Origin: an uncultured Candidatus Rokubacteria bacterium
Lineage (GTDB): Bacteria; Methylomirabilota; Methylomirabilia; Rokubacteriales; CSP1-6
Reading direction: 5' to 3'
DNA length: 64,000 nucleotides
NCBI GenBank assembly: GCA_963754315.1
Contig: CAVWFS010000018.1
Coordinates: forward strand, 96,001-160,000
The notes under the pieces are model-generated. The model did no database searches. It was not told the origin of the DNA and saw only the letters and a list, made by a program, of their open reading frames with translations. The translations under genes and the position numbers were made by a program. Positions 20,053 to 29,817 of this stretch are shown here, in pieces (position 1 is the stretch's first letter; every line of letters starts with the position of its first letter).

Positions 20053-21702
20053 TCAGTAGATCGGCCGGCCCGCACTCGTGTAGTCTCGCGGCGGCGCGAC
20101 GGGAGTGCGCGCGAGCCAGGCGGCGATGTCGCCCGTGTCCCTGATGGAGCCGCGCAGAATCGCCAGCACGAGGTCGTGCGTGACCAAGGTGCTGAACACG
20201 GCGTCTACGTGCGCTGCGCGGCCACCGTCAGGTGGCCGCACGAGGAACGGCACCCGGTGGTCCTCCTGGGCATCGTAGCGCTTCGACGCTCTCCACCACT
20301 GAGCGGCGCTCACGACGAGCCAGGTGCGGTCGCCGAGGCCCGCGCGCTGGAGGCCGCGTCGCAGGTTGGTGATCATCCTGTCGACCAGCGCCAGGTTGTC
20401 GAGATAGCCTCCGCCGGCGCCGGTGAAGTTCCACGGCGTGAGACGTGCGGTGGCGCGATCGTAGATGCCGGGCGGGCGTGGAACGGGTAGGTGAAGCAGC
20501 ACGAGCCCGAAGCGATCGTCGGCGGCGGTGCGGATTGCCAGATCGCCAAGCTCCGTGGCTCTCTGGGAGACCAGCCGGCGGACGTTCGCCGGCGGCGCCA
20601 GGCTGCCCCATTGGTTCAAGAGCGTCTGGCCGAACGTGTCGCCGCGCGCCTGTTCGTGGGTGTGGGACGGCCTCCAGTCCGCAAGTCCGAGCGAGCCGCC
20701 GAGGACACGAGGGTACGGCAGGTGCCAGCCGATCACGGCCGTGTCGTAACCCATGGCGCGCGCGCGCGCGAAGACGTTCGGATGAGCGCTCCATCGCACC
20801 GCCTTGCCGTCGCTGAATGTGAGCTCGAGGTCGTTCGGGCTCACCGGCGTGACGGCGACGACCGGGCGGCCGGTGATGAGCGCAGGCATCGAGACTTCCG
20901 ATACACCCGCCGGCGGGCGCGCGGCGTCGGCATAGAGCGACTCGCGGCGCAGACGATCCAGTTCCGGTAGCTCGAGACCCGTCGGTCGCGCCTCGAACGT
21001 GATCCGCTGATCCAGTTCTTCCAGCACGAGCCAGACGACGCGCCGAAGACTTGGCGGGGCCCGGCCAAGGGGGGCGGGATCGGCCGTACGCCACACGGGA
21101 CCGGCTGCCACCTCGAGGAACATCCATAGAGCGTGTCCCAGGGTGAGCACCGCCAGCGGTGATGCGCCCAGGGCCAGACCTCGAATCACGCGCAGGGCTC
21201 GATCGGGCCAACCGAGTGATGCCGCGAGCATCAGGACGGTGAGGGCCAGCAGCCCGGGGCCGCCGATCGCGTCCATCCATCGGTCGATGGTCGCGTGTGT
21301 CATGCGCACGAAATTCAGCGCGATCAGGAGCGTGGCCGCGGCCGTGAGGGCGGCGAGGCGCCGCCCGGCCGGCCGTCGGACGTGTCGGATCATCTGCGCA
21401 CACAGGAAGCCGATGGCGGTAAGCCCGACGATGTTGAGCAGGAACGCCCAGAGCACCGGGGCAGCGAGAGGCGCCCGGTTGTAGAAGCCCCAGTCCGCGA
21501 GGAACAACACCTCGCGGCGCGCCTGGCTGAACCAGAGCGTGGCAACGGAGAGGCATGCGAGGAGGTCGACGGTGCGTTCGCGTCGAGTGGACCCGCGGCG
21601 ATCGGGGGCGGGCGAGGCAGGTTTGCGGACGTCGCGGTACCACCACAGCCGTTCGGCAACGGACCGGTCGTCCGGGCTACCGCGGGGATCGACGCTGGAC
21701 AT
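20053..21702 (-). CDS. Membrane-anchored alkaline-phosphatase/sulfatase-superfamily protein, probably degenerate
   Basis: About five N-terminal TM helices, then VVWLVLEELD, SMPALITG, YLDNLALVD, HRVPFLV. Confidence 0.72.
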   Translation of the reverse strand: MSSVDPRGSPDDRSVAERLWWYRDVRKPASPAPDRRGSTRRERTVDLLACLSVATLWFSQARREVLFLADWGFYNRAPLAAPVLWAFLLNIVGLTAIGFLCAQMIRHVRRPAGRRLAALTAAATLLIALNFVRMTHATIDRWMDAIGGPGLLALTVLMLAASLGWPDRALRVIRGLALGASPLAVLTLGHALWMFLEVAAGPVWRTADPAPLGRAPPSLRRVVWLVLEELDQRITFEARPTGLELPELDRLRRESLYADAARPPAGVSEVSMPALITGRPVVAVTPVSPNDLELTFSDGKAVRWSAHPNVFARARAMGYDTAVIGWHLPYPRVLGGSLGLADWRPSHTHEQARGDTFGQTLLNQWGSLAPPANVRRLVSQRATELGDLAIRTAADDRFGLVLLHLPVPRPPGIYDRATARLTPWNFTGAGGGYLDNLALVDRMITNLRRGLQRAGLGDRTWLVVSAAQWWRASKRYDAQEDHRVPFLVRPPDGGRAAHVDAVFSTLVTHDLVLAILRGSIRDTGDIAAWLARTPVAPPRDYTSAGRPIY

Positions 21703-21734
21703 CCTCGATCCTCACCAGCACTGAAACGCTGCGC

Positions 21735-22574
21735 TCAGTGCATCACCACTCCCCCGTCGACGTTCCATGCCTGGCCGGTGATGTGATCGCTCTCCGCGGA
21801 CGCGAAGAACAGGGCCAGGCGGGCGATGTCGTCGGGACGAGCGACGCGACCAGTGGGAGGAAGAGACAGCACCGGGGCAGCCGCGTCGCGCTCGGCCAGG
21901 GCGCGCTCGCGCCGCGAGGTTGATTCGCGACGGCTGGTGTCGACGCTGCCGGGGCAGATGGCGTTGACGGTGATGCCGTGCGCGGCCAGCTCCTGGGCCA
22001 TGGCCTGAGTGAGGCCGATGACACCGAACTTCGAAGCCGTGTAGGCGCCTCGCCGAGAGGTGCCTCGCTTCCCCGAGACGGAGGCCATGTTGATGATCCG
22101 CCCGCTTCCGCGTGACAGCATGTGGGGAATCACGGCGCGGCTCATCAAGAACGTCCCCTTGAGGTTGACGTCGATGACGAGATCCCAGGCTTCCTCCGGC
22201 ACTTCCCAGAGCAGCCGACGATCGGCACCGTGCGGGGCAGCGGCGTTGTTGACGAGGACGTCGATGCGGCCGAACTGCGCGAGAGTGTCCGAGACGAAGC
22301 GCTCGGCGTCGGCAGCGCGGCTGACGTCACCGATGAACGTCAGGATGCGGCGCCCGAGGCCCTGGATCTCTCCGGCCAGGCTCTCGAGGCCCTTCCACCC
22401 GAGACGGATTTCTGCGAGCCCTTCCTCGTTTTCGTTCCGCGTCCCTGCGGACGCCACGTCCGTCGCGACGACGTCGGCCCCGGCACGGGCGAACGCGACG
22501 CAGATTGCCCGTCCCATCCCTTGCGCCCGTGCACACCCAGTGATCAGCACGACCTTGCCGTCGAATTCGCTCAC
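21735..22574 (-). CDS. SDR family oxidoreductase
   Basis: TGCARAQGMG, VNNAA, YTASK. Confidence 0.92.
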   Translation of the reverse strand: MSEFDGKVVLITGCARAQGMGRAICVAFARAGADVVATDVASAGTRNENEEGLAEIRLGWKGLESLAGEIQGLGRRILTFIGDVSRAADAERFVSDTLAQFGRIDVLVNNAAAPHGADRRLLWEVPEEAWDLVIDVNLKGTFLMSRAVIPHMLSRGSGRIINMASVSGKRGTSRRGAYTASKFGVIGLTQAMAQELAAHGITVNAICPGSVDTSRRESTSRRERALAERDAAAPVLSLPPTGRVARPDDIARLALFFASAESDHITGQAWNVDGGVVMH

Positions 22575-22771
22575 CGGAGCACCTCCTTGCTCAAGGCCGT
22601 CGCACCGCTGGCGGCCGTGCGATCTGCCTCACGTGCACAGCGGTGGGTCGCTGTCCTCTGGGCCCCTCCATGGCGGGTAGCATACGCGAGTCCCCCTCTT
22701 GGCACCCGGACGCGGGTGGACTAATCTAGCGGCCAGAACAGCCCCGATACCATTGGCCGGGAGGACATCAC

Positions 22772-24241
22772 ATGAGCTCTGAAGGGCATCCGACCGCGAA
22801 CCAGATCCGTTCCCGCCTGAGCCATCCTGTGATCGACGGGGATGGCCACTGGGTCGAATTCGACCCCGTCTTCAGCGAGCGTATGCGAAAGGTGGGCGGT
22901 GACAGGGCCGCTGACGGTTTCCTGGCCGCGATGCAGACCACGCGCGACGCGCTGAGCATGCCGCTGGCCGAGCGCAAGCGACGGCGCATCGCCCAGCCGG
23001 CATTCTGGAGCCGGCAGGCCGAGAATACGCTCGACCGCGCCACGGCCATGATGCCGCGCCTGCTTTACGAGCGCCTCGACGAGTTTGGCACCGATTTCGC
23101 GGTCGTCTATCCGACGGCCGGTCTGCGCCTGCCGCGCATCGGCGACGACGAGACTCGCCGTGCGGTCGTCCGCGCCCACAACGTCGTCACCGCCGAGTAC
23201 TTCCGCGATCTTGGCGATCGGATGACCCCGGCCGCCATCATTCCCATGCACACCCCGGACGAGGCCATCGCCGAGCTCGAGTACGTGACCAGGGAGCTGG
23301 GGGCAAAGGTGGGAATGTTCGGCAGTGGAATGTCGCGGCGCGTGGCCTCGACGGGGACGACCGACGGCGATACCGCGCGTTTGGCCGTCTGGTACGACAT
23401 GTTGGCCCTCGATAGCGACTACGACTACGATCCCGTGTGGGCCAAGTGCCTCGAGGTCGGCATCGCGCCGACATTCCACAGCGCGGGTAGCAACCAGGGG
23501 CTGCGGCTATCGCCAAGCAACTTCGTCTACAACCACATCGGACACTTCGCCGCCGCCGGCCACGCCGTTTCCAAGGCCATCTTCCTGGGCGGGGTGACCC
23601 GGCGTTTCCCGGGTCTCCGCTTCGCCTTCCTCGAGGGCGGTGTCGGCTGGGCCTGCCAGCTATTTGGGGACCTCATCGAGCACTGGGAACGACGCAATGG
23701 CAGAGCACTCGAGCGCATGGATCCACGGAAACTCGATCGAGCGCTCCTGATGAGCTTGGTCGAGAAACACGGGGATGCCGACATGGTGGCGGCCCTTCAC
23801 GCTCGAGACGGTTGGCCCGACCACGACCCCGGGCTCACCGGCGGCATCGAGAACCTGGATGACTTCTCGGCCTGCCAGATCACGCGCAAGGAAGACTGGC
23901 TCGACCTGTACGCTCGACCCTTTTACTTCGGCTGCGAAGCCGACGATCGCACCAATGCCTGGGCCTTCAGCAAGGGCAACCCCTTCGGGTCAACGCTCAA
24001 CGCCCTCTACAGCTCGGACATCGGTCACTTCGACGTCATCGACATGCGTCATCCGCTGCCCGAGGCCTTCGAGCTCGTGGAGGATGGTCTGATCAGCCCC
24101 GACAACTTCCGCGACTTCACGTTTGCCAACGCTGTCCACCTGTGGGGAACGCAGAATCCACGGTTCTTCGAGGGGACTGCAGTGGCCTCGGCCGCCGCCG
24201 AGGAACTGACTCGGTCGCGCACCCCGGCGAGCACGCGCTAA
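22772..24241 (+). CDS. Amidohydrolase_2 family protein
   Basis: IDGDGH, PTFH, FLEGGVGW, YSSDIGHFD. Confidence 0.88.
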   Translation: MSSEGHPTANQIRSRLSHPVIDGDGHWVEFDPVFSERMRKVGGDRAADGFLAAMQTTRDALSMPLAERKRRRIAQPAFWSRQAENTLDRATAMMPRLLYERLDEFGTDFAVVYPTAGLRLPRIGDDETRRAVVRAHNVVTAEYFRDLGDRMTPAAIIPMHTPDEAIAELEYVTRELGAKVGMFGSGMSRRVASTGTTDGDTARLAVWYDMLALDSDYDYDPVWAKCLEVGIAPTFHSAGSNQGLRLSPSNFVYNHIGHFAAAGHAVSKAIFLGGVTRRFPGLRFAFLEGGVGWACQLFGDLIEHWERRNGRALERMDPRKLDRALLMSLVEKHGDADMVAALHARDGWPDHDPGLTGGIENLDDFSACQITRKEDWLDLYARPFYFGCEADDRTNAWAFSKGNPFGSTLNALYSSDIGHFDVIDMRHPLPEAFELVEDGLISPDNFRDFTFANAVHLWGTQNPRFFEGTAVASAAAEELTRSRTPASTR

Positions 24242-24258
24242 GGCCAGTCAGGCTCTGT

Positions 24259-24293
24259 TGCCCAAGCTGCGCCCAGCGAGCGCAGCTTGGGCA
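24259..24293. terminator. Perfect 14-bp hairpin (terminator or REP-like)
   Basis: TGCCCAAGCTGCGC-CCAGCGA-GCGCAGCTTGGGCA; no U-tract. Confidence 0.5.
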
Positions 24294-24348
24294 CACGGTG
24301 GGGAGCGGCCGCCGACCGCGGCACGCAGCTGCGAGGGGGATTGCCCAC

Positions 24349-24705
24349 ATGGACGAGGTCGTGATCGAGACGGCAACGGGACTCGGGTACGTCGAACTTG
24401 TCGAGGGTACCGGCGTCCGGCCCAAAACCGGTGACTCGGTGAGCGTCCACTACACTGGCTGGCTCAAGAGCGGCCAGAAGTTCGACTCGTCTCACGACCG
24501 CGGCGAACCGCTCGTCTTCCCTGTCGGACGCGGGCGGGTCATCAAGGGCTGGGACGAGGGCGTGGGCTCCATGAAGGTCGGGGGAAAGCGAAAGCTCATC
24601 ATTCCCGCCCATCTCGGCTATGGCGAGCAAGGGGCCGGGCGCGTCATTCCCCCCGGCGCCACCCTCATCTTCGAGGTGGAGCTGCTCGGGGTCACCCCAG
24701 CCTGA
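24349..24705 (+). CDS. FKBP-type peptidyl-prolyl isomerase
   Basis: VHYTGWL, FDSS, VIKGWDEG, IPPGATLIFEVEL. Confidence 0.95.
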   Translation: MDEVVIETATGLGYVELVEGTGVRPKTGDSVSVHYTGWLKSGQKFDSSHDRGEPLVFPVGRGRVIKGWDEGVGSMKVGGKRKLIIPAHLGYGEQGAGRVIPPGATLIFEVELLGVTPA

Positions 24706-24729
24706 TTGTCATACTCGATGTCCCTCAAT

Positions 24730-25110
24730 TCATTCCTGGCCGAGTCGAGGATGGATTTCCGGGATGATTTCGACGGGGCGGATCTCGAAAGGGCCGCCGA
24801 GCCGGACGCCTGGATGCTTCGACATCAAGGCGACGGCGTGGTCCATGTCCCGGGCTTCCAGAAGCAGGAGCCCACCCAGCTGCTCCTTGGTTTCGGCGAA
24901 GGGGCCGTCTGTCACCAACACCTTGCCGCCCTGCCAGCGGAGGGTCTTGGCGGTTCGCACGCTCTGCAGTGCTTCCCCGCCGGCAAAGTGACCATTCTGA
25001 CGAAGCACGTCGTCATAGGCAAAGCACTCCTGCATCAGGGATTCTTGCTCGCTTGGCGACATTGCGTCCCATCGCTTCTCGTCCATGTAGCCTAGGCAGA
25101 GAAATCTCAC
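24730..25110 (-). CDS. YciI family protein (DGPF type)
   Basis: [19 protein letters not shown]. Confidence 0.9.
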   Translation of the reverse strand: MRFLCLGYMDEKRWDAMSPSEQESLMQECFAYDDVLRQNGHFAGGEALQSVRTAKTLRWQGGKVLVTDGPFAETKEQLGGLLLLEARDMDHAVALMSKHPGVRLGGPFEIRPVEIIPEIHPRLGQE

Positions 25111-25192
25111 AGCGTCCTCCCTCGGGGCTCTCTGTCACTAGTCGTACGTTGCGGCTCCGAATCGACAGGCGGCCGCGGGATCGTGATGAGGG

Positions 25193-25657
25193 TCAGCGGT
25201 TTCGACACTGCCCGTCGTGGTAGGCGGCGGCGGCGCACGTCTTGCCGTTCCGGAACGTGCATGCTCCCGCTTCCTCACGCGTATTGCTGCCGCTCGTGAC
25301 GGTGTATTGGCCACCGGTGATCGCGCAGTAGCGGGCGGCGGCGGTCACGTAGCCGGCCACTCTGATGCCCCCAGCCGGGCATTCTCCGCGGAGCATGGCC
25401 CACTCTTCACACTGACGATTGTCGAGAAAGGAGCAGACCCCGTATTCGGCTCCTGCCCGGTTCTTGTGGATGGACAGGGTGCCGCCCTGTTGGAGGCAGT
25501 GCTGGGATGCCGGATTCGCGAGCCCCGGCGAAATCGACGCCACGCCGCTCGACGTGGGTGGATTCGGCAGCACGCAGGCCGTCACGAGACTGGTAGATGC
25601 GAACGAGAGCGCCACCCTGCGCAACCACCTGCAGGTCCTGGATCGAACCTCAGCCAC
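25193..25657 (-). CDS. DUF333 lipoprotein with tandem Cys-rich modules
   Basis: VTAC lipobox, LANPASQHC..GG, CEEWAMLRGEC, AARYCAITGG. Confidence 0.8.
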   Translation of the reverse strand: MAEVRSRTCRWLRRVALSFASTSLVTACVLPNPPTSSGVASISPGLANPASQHCLQQGGTLSIHKNRAGAEYGVCSFLDNRQCEEWAMLRGECPAGGIRVAGYVTAAARYCAITGGQYTVTSGSNTREEAGACTFRNGKTCAAAAYHDGQCRNR

Positions 25658-27359
25658 CCAGATCGCGATGCGCATCGGCGAGCAAACGCGTGAAGTGCTC
25701 GGGCACGACAATCTCGCGCCCGATGACAGCCGGGCTGTATCCTTGCAGCCAGTAGCTGTTGGTCGGATGGCCGCCGCCGGCCACGATGAGGACGAAGTTG
25801 TCAGCTGAGGCGGTGATTGGCCACGGGTCCTGGGTCAGGCTGGCGCGCGTGACGGGGCTGGCGTCGATTTCGATCCAGGCCTGGCCGCCGGCCCTGCGCA
25901 GATGCTCGCTGGGGATTCTCGAGTACTGCCAGAAGAACTCGCGCATCGAGCGCTTGCTCCAGCCGAGCCCGGTCATGGCCTGGACCACCACGCCGGGGAT
26001 CATGAGGACCCCGGGGGTACCGCGTTCGTATCCGGCCAGTCCGGCCAGATTCGGCATGCGCATGAAATCCGCCATGCGGTACATGCCCTGGAGTGCGTCC
26101 TCCTCGGGCGTCTCCTTCTTGGCGCCCCGACGCCTGATATTGGTGGCGCCGTTCGCGAAGGCGAGCGAGATCGAGTTGCACCCGGGCGCAAAGCCATGCC
26201 GTTCCGTTCCGTGGGCAGGCCAGCCGGCGGGGAGGTTCGCCTCGTCCTCGGCGAGGACAACGTTCGTGTAGCGCAGGCCTCCGTAGTTGGCCATGGTGCC
26301 CACTCCAGGCCGCGCGCCACCGACGTTCTGCTGCATGAGCCTCAGCGCGCGCCCGATGCTGGCGCCGGCCGGGTGCTGCGGATCGGGCCCGAGGCAGCCG
26401 AAGCCGGAGTTGAGCCGAATCTGCCCGCCGATCGGCCCATTGACGATGATCACCGGGAAGGCGCTACCCGATGCCGCCTGCAGCTGCTCGCTCCCAGAGT
26501 CGGGGTCGAGGAACGCGTCAACCGCCGCCACCAGCACCGGGAGATATTCGGGGCGCCCCCCGGCCATGGCCAACGCAATGGCGCACACCTCTACGGTTGC
26601 GAGCCCGCCACGCGGCGGGAACGTCCCGAGCAGGTGGGTACGTGGGAATGGGGTGCCTTGAAGGATCCAGTCCACGCGTTCACGGGTCGCCGGCCACAAG
26701 GGCAGGCCGTCGCCCCATAGCTTCGCCAGCATCACGTTGTTCGCGCGAACCAGGGCATCTTCAAACGTCGTCCCCTGAACGGAGACCATGGGATTTGCCG
26801 CACCTGCGTGGCGCGCGAGAGACGCTGTCCACCGGGTCAGGCCCTCGTAGAACTCGTGTTTGCGGGTCTCGACGCCGGTGATGTCGCTGCCCGGCAAGAA
26901 CAGTTCGATGGGGAAGATCACCATGGCCGCGTCCGGCGCGAGCCCGAGGCCGGAGACAGCATTGCGCATCACGCCCACGAAATCCGAGCGTGTCAGCGTG
27001 ACCGTCGGAATTCCCTGCGCTTCTAGCCTAGCGGCAGCACGGCCGCATGCGGTTGCGCAGGACCCTCAGGCGGCGTTGCCGATGATGACGCCGTCGACCC
27101 CGCTCCGCTTGACCTCGGCCGCCGTCTCCTCGGTCCCGATCAGGGCGTTGCCCTGCGGAAAGGCGTCGATGGGCAACACCTCGATCCCGGCGAAATCTCT
27201 CTCGAGGAGCGTTTTCAGGAGGGGCAGGGCGCGGTAGGCTTGCCACTGCTCGTTGCTGACGAAGCCAATGCGCTTGCCCGCGAGCGAGTCCAGCCGCGGC
27301 GCGTGCGGTTGCTTCACCTCGAGGCGGCCGCACGGGTCATGGAATTCGAGCGTGACCAT
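25650..27359 (-). CDS. UGSC-family selenoprotein (Sec at codon 98, UxxC), 569 aa, fused to a long C-terminal domain
   Basis: ORFs 27066..27431 and 25650..26978 share a frame. The only stop between them is TGA 27068-27066, in the context GNAA-U-GSCATAC...LEAQGIPTV. Confidence 0.85.
27031..27058 (-). ncRNA. Putative bacterial SECIS hairpin
   Basis: GCAUG-CGGC-CGUGC stem-loop begins 16 nt after the UGA, with G at loop position 2; the stem extends by GCA/UGC. Confidence 0.6.
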
Positions 27360-27564
27360 GTTTCCTCCTGACATTCGATGCACGCGTGATCGTAGCACGG
27401 GGCTGTAAGCCGAGATCACCAGCATCACCAATTGGCCGACTGCGTGACACCAGGAACAGGGCGAGCATGAGCCCGGCTTCCAGGTACGGGTCGGTGCTCG
27501 GGTCGTTCTCGTCCCAGCGCACTAAGCGAGGATCGACATCTCTGCGTCGCTGGCTGAGTCGTTC

Positions 27565-27762
27565 TTAAAGGGGATCGTTGACTGGTTCGACAACTTCTCA
27601 GTGCTGCTGCGCCGTACCGACCATTCGCAGCTTGTCTACAAGAGCACGATCTCGACCATCGTGCCGCTCGCGCCAGTGCGGCTGTTCGACGGAGATAGAT
27701 GGCCGCAGCAGGCTAAAGCGCCGGATGCAACCGCGGGCTACCGACGCTCGATGCGCTCCTAG
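27565..27762 (+). pseudogene. hfq: 5'-truncated hfq remnant, alphaproteobacterial type
   Basis: [41 protein letters not shown]. An in-frame TAA lies at 27523 and no Hfq N-terminus precedes the match. Confidence 0.8.
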
Positions 27763-27815
27763 CGGCGCCGTTCATTGCGCTTGGGCGTGTACCCACAACC
27801 ACGGGCTCTGGCGAA

Positions 27816-27896
27816 ATGTCCGCTTCTTGAGGCGAAGCGGAAGGGGCCGATCGGCAAGGCCGCTGAAATCGGTAGCGAATGACCCAAAGCGCACAT
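27816..27896. repeat. Short palindromic REP/MITE-like element
   Basis: Ends ATGTCCGCTT and AAGCGCACAT (9/10 inverted); internal hairpin TCCGCTTC-N7-GAAGCGGA. Confidence 0.5.
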
Positions 27897-28098
27897 CCAT
27901 CGATGGGCTGATCAACGTTCAGGGGTGATGCCCGGCCTACCGGGAGACCGACAGCCGGCCTCTGCAGCGATTGAGCATCGGTGCGTCGCGCGGACGCTGC
28001 AGTGCTGAGACGGTCTCACTAACACCCAAGAGGCGGCCTCCGTAAGCAAGCCGCTCCAAGCAGTTAAGTGCGCTCGCGCAGGCGGGCACCACGCCAAA

Positions 28099-29379
28099 TC
28101 ACTTCGGGGTTCCGACGTGTTTGAAGACCCAATCGGCCACCTTCGTTCCCTGCTCCCGACCTGCTACGTCAGCGAAACGGAAATGAATGCCTTGGTAGAT
28201 GCGCACATTGACCACATCGGTTTGCATGTCCGAGAAGCGGTTATAGGTGCGTGTCTTTTGCTTTGCCGGGGGAGATCCGCTCGTGACCGTGAAGGTCATG
28301 TCGTCTTTCCCGAAGAACAGCGCGAGCGTGTGAGTTATCGCCGCCGTGACCGCATTGGCACCCGAAGTGTAATCGGAATAGGGCGGATCGTTCAAGAAAG
28401 GCCGCCACGCAGGGTCGCCGGCCGTTGCTGGATTGCCGTCGTTCTCGCCTTGCTGGATGGCGGTACTCGGCCGCCAAAGACCAAAGTGCCTCTTGCTATC
28501 CCAGGCAGTGATGAGTGCGTCGGCGACCGCCATATTGACCAGGACCAACAAGCGAGAACTGTCATCGATATTCTTGACATGTTCCGCCGCAACACCACGG
28601 GCAACGCTCTGGAACGTCAGACAAAGGTGGTCCGAATGGTAGAAGTTGGCGAGTTCGGTCTGCTCCGGCGTGCGGGTACTGTTGATGGCGGCACCCACCG
28701 CCTTCACCTCGTCATAGTCCTTGGTGTATTGTTCGCTGGTCAAAGCCGGCGGCGGGTTTGACCGGAATTGGCTGCCACTCTGAATGGAGAAAGGCTTGGT
28801 TGTGCCCATCCATGACGAAGCCATCGGCGCATTCGCCGCTGGCGACGAGCGCCACTTTGGTACAACGTTTTCTCCGTAGAATGGAGGCGGCATCGGATTC
28901 GGTACACGTCCGTCATCGGCACGGAGGGCACTGATACCGGCCGCCGCCTTCTGGCCAACCGCCACTCCCGGGTCGTCTTCTTTCAGCCCCTTCTTGGTGA
29001 GGTATTCCTTGTAGGTGGTGTTGAGGGACGCAGCCTGCGTCGGGTAGAGGTTGACGAGCACATCGTGAGCGGCCTTGGCGGCTGCTGCCTCCTTCGACCC
29101 GGAGGCTCCGGGTGTTTGTACGTGGTACGGCTTGTACTTCCCGCCGATAGACTGGACAGCGTCGAAGACGGCGGCCTGGACAACCGCGAGATCGAGGAAG
29201 CCATGCGGTCCCGGCCGGAGTGGTGGGGTCGTCCTACAGAGGGTATCCGCAGCGATGGCCTGCCAATCGACAGCAGCATCCGCACGAGCAGCATCCGGCC
29301 AGCCGAGCGCCCCGAGTAAGGCCATGGTGCCCGCAACCACCCATCTATTCCAGTTCCAGCGTGTTGTGATGTCGTGCAT
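28099..29379 (-). CDS. Secreted vanadium-haloperoxidase/PAP2-superfamily protein
   Basis: Signal peptide, DYDEVKAVG, WDSKRHFGLWRP, PPYSDYTSGA, RIYQGIHFR. Confidence 0.88.
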   Translation of the reverse strand: MHDITTRWNWNRWVVAGTMALLGALGWPDAARADAAVDWQAIAADTLCRTTPPLRPGPHGFLDLAVVQAAVFDAVQSIGGKYKPYHVQTPGASGSKEAAAAKAAHDVLVNLYPTQAASLNTTYKEYLTKKGLKEDDPGVAVGQKAAAGISALRADDGRVPNPMPPPFYGENVVPKWRSSPAANAPMASSWMGTTKPFSIQSGSQFRSNPPPALTSEQYTKDYDEVKAVGAAINSTRTPEQTELANFYHSDHLCLTFQSVARGVAAEHVKNIDDSSRLLVLVNMAVADALITAWDSKRHFGLWRPSTAIQQGENDGNPATAGDPAWRPFLNDPPYSDYTSGANAVTAAITHTLALFFGKDDMTFTVTSGSPPAKQKTRTYNRFSDMQTDVVNVRIYQGIHFRFADVAGREQGTKVADWVFKHVGTPK

Positions 29380-29817
29380 TTCGCTTCTCCCCGTTTGGGT
29401 GGAACGCTTGCGCTTTACGCTACGCAATGATGAGGACGACCGCGCGTCACGGCATGGAGGGCGGCGCGCGGCGAGGGAAAGAGGCGTCGAACGCGCGCAT
29501 CCATGTTCCAGGGCCGGTCCAATGGGATTTCCGAAGAACAGGAAGCCGACAACCGGCAAGGACTGTGCGCCGCAACGTCACGCGGCAAATGCGCTGAGCC
29601 TCCGCCGAGAAGCAGCAAATTTCGGCGTCTCATTCGCCCGACCAGCACATGCGTCGTATCTGCATTGCCGTCTCGCCTTCCTGGTGAAACGGTTGCACAA
29701 AGGATGCAATTCGTCAAGTTGATGATGCCGATCGACGCCATCATGCCGCGCAGATAGGGGCGGAGAGCATGAACGAGGCCCCTAGCCCGAAGGCGAGTGC
29801 CAAGATAAAGGGTCTAG

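Noticed and set aside
27066..27068. TGA as a nonsense mutation or sequencing error
   Set aside because: Errors elsewhere in the window are indels; the UGSC context and hairpin favour selenocysteine.
29788..29803. Sigma54 promoter for the haloperoxidase-like gene (minus strand, TTGGCACTCGCCTTCG)
   Set aside because: The -12 position reads CG, not GC.
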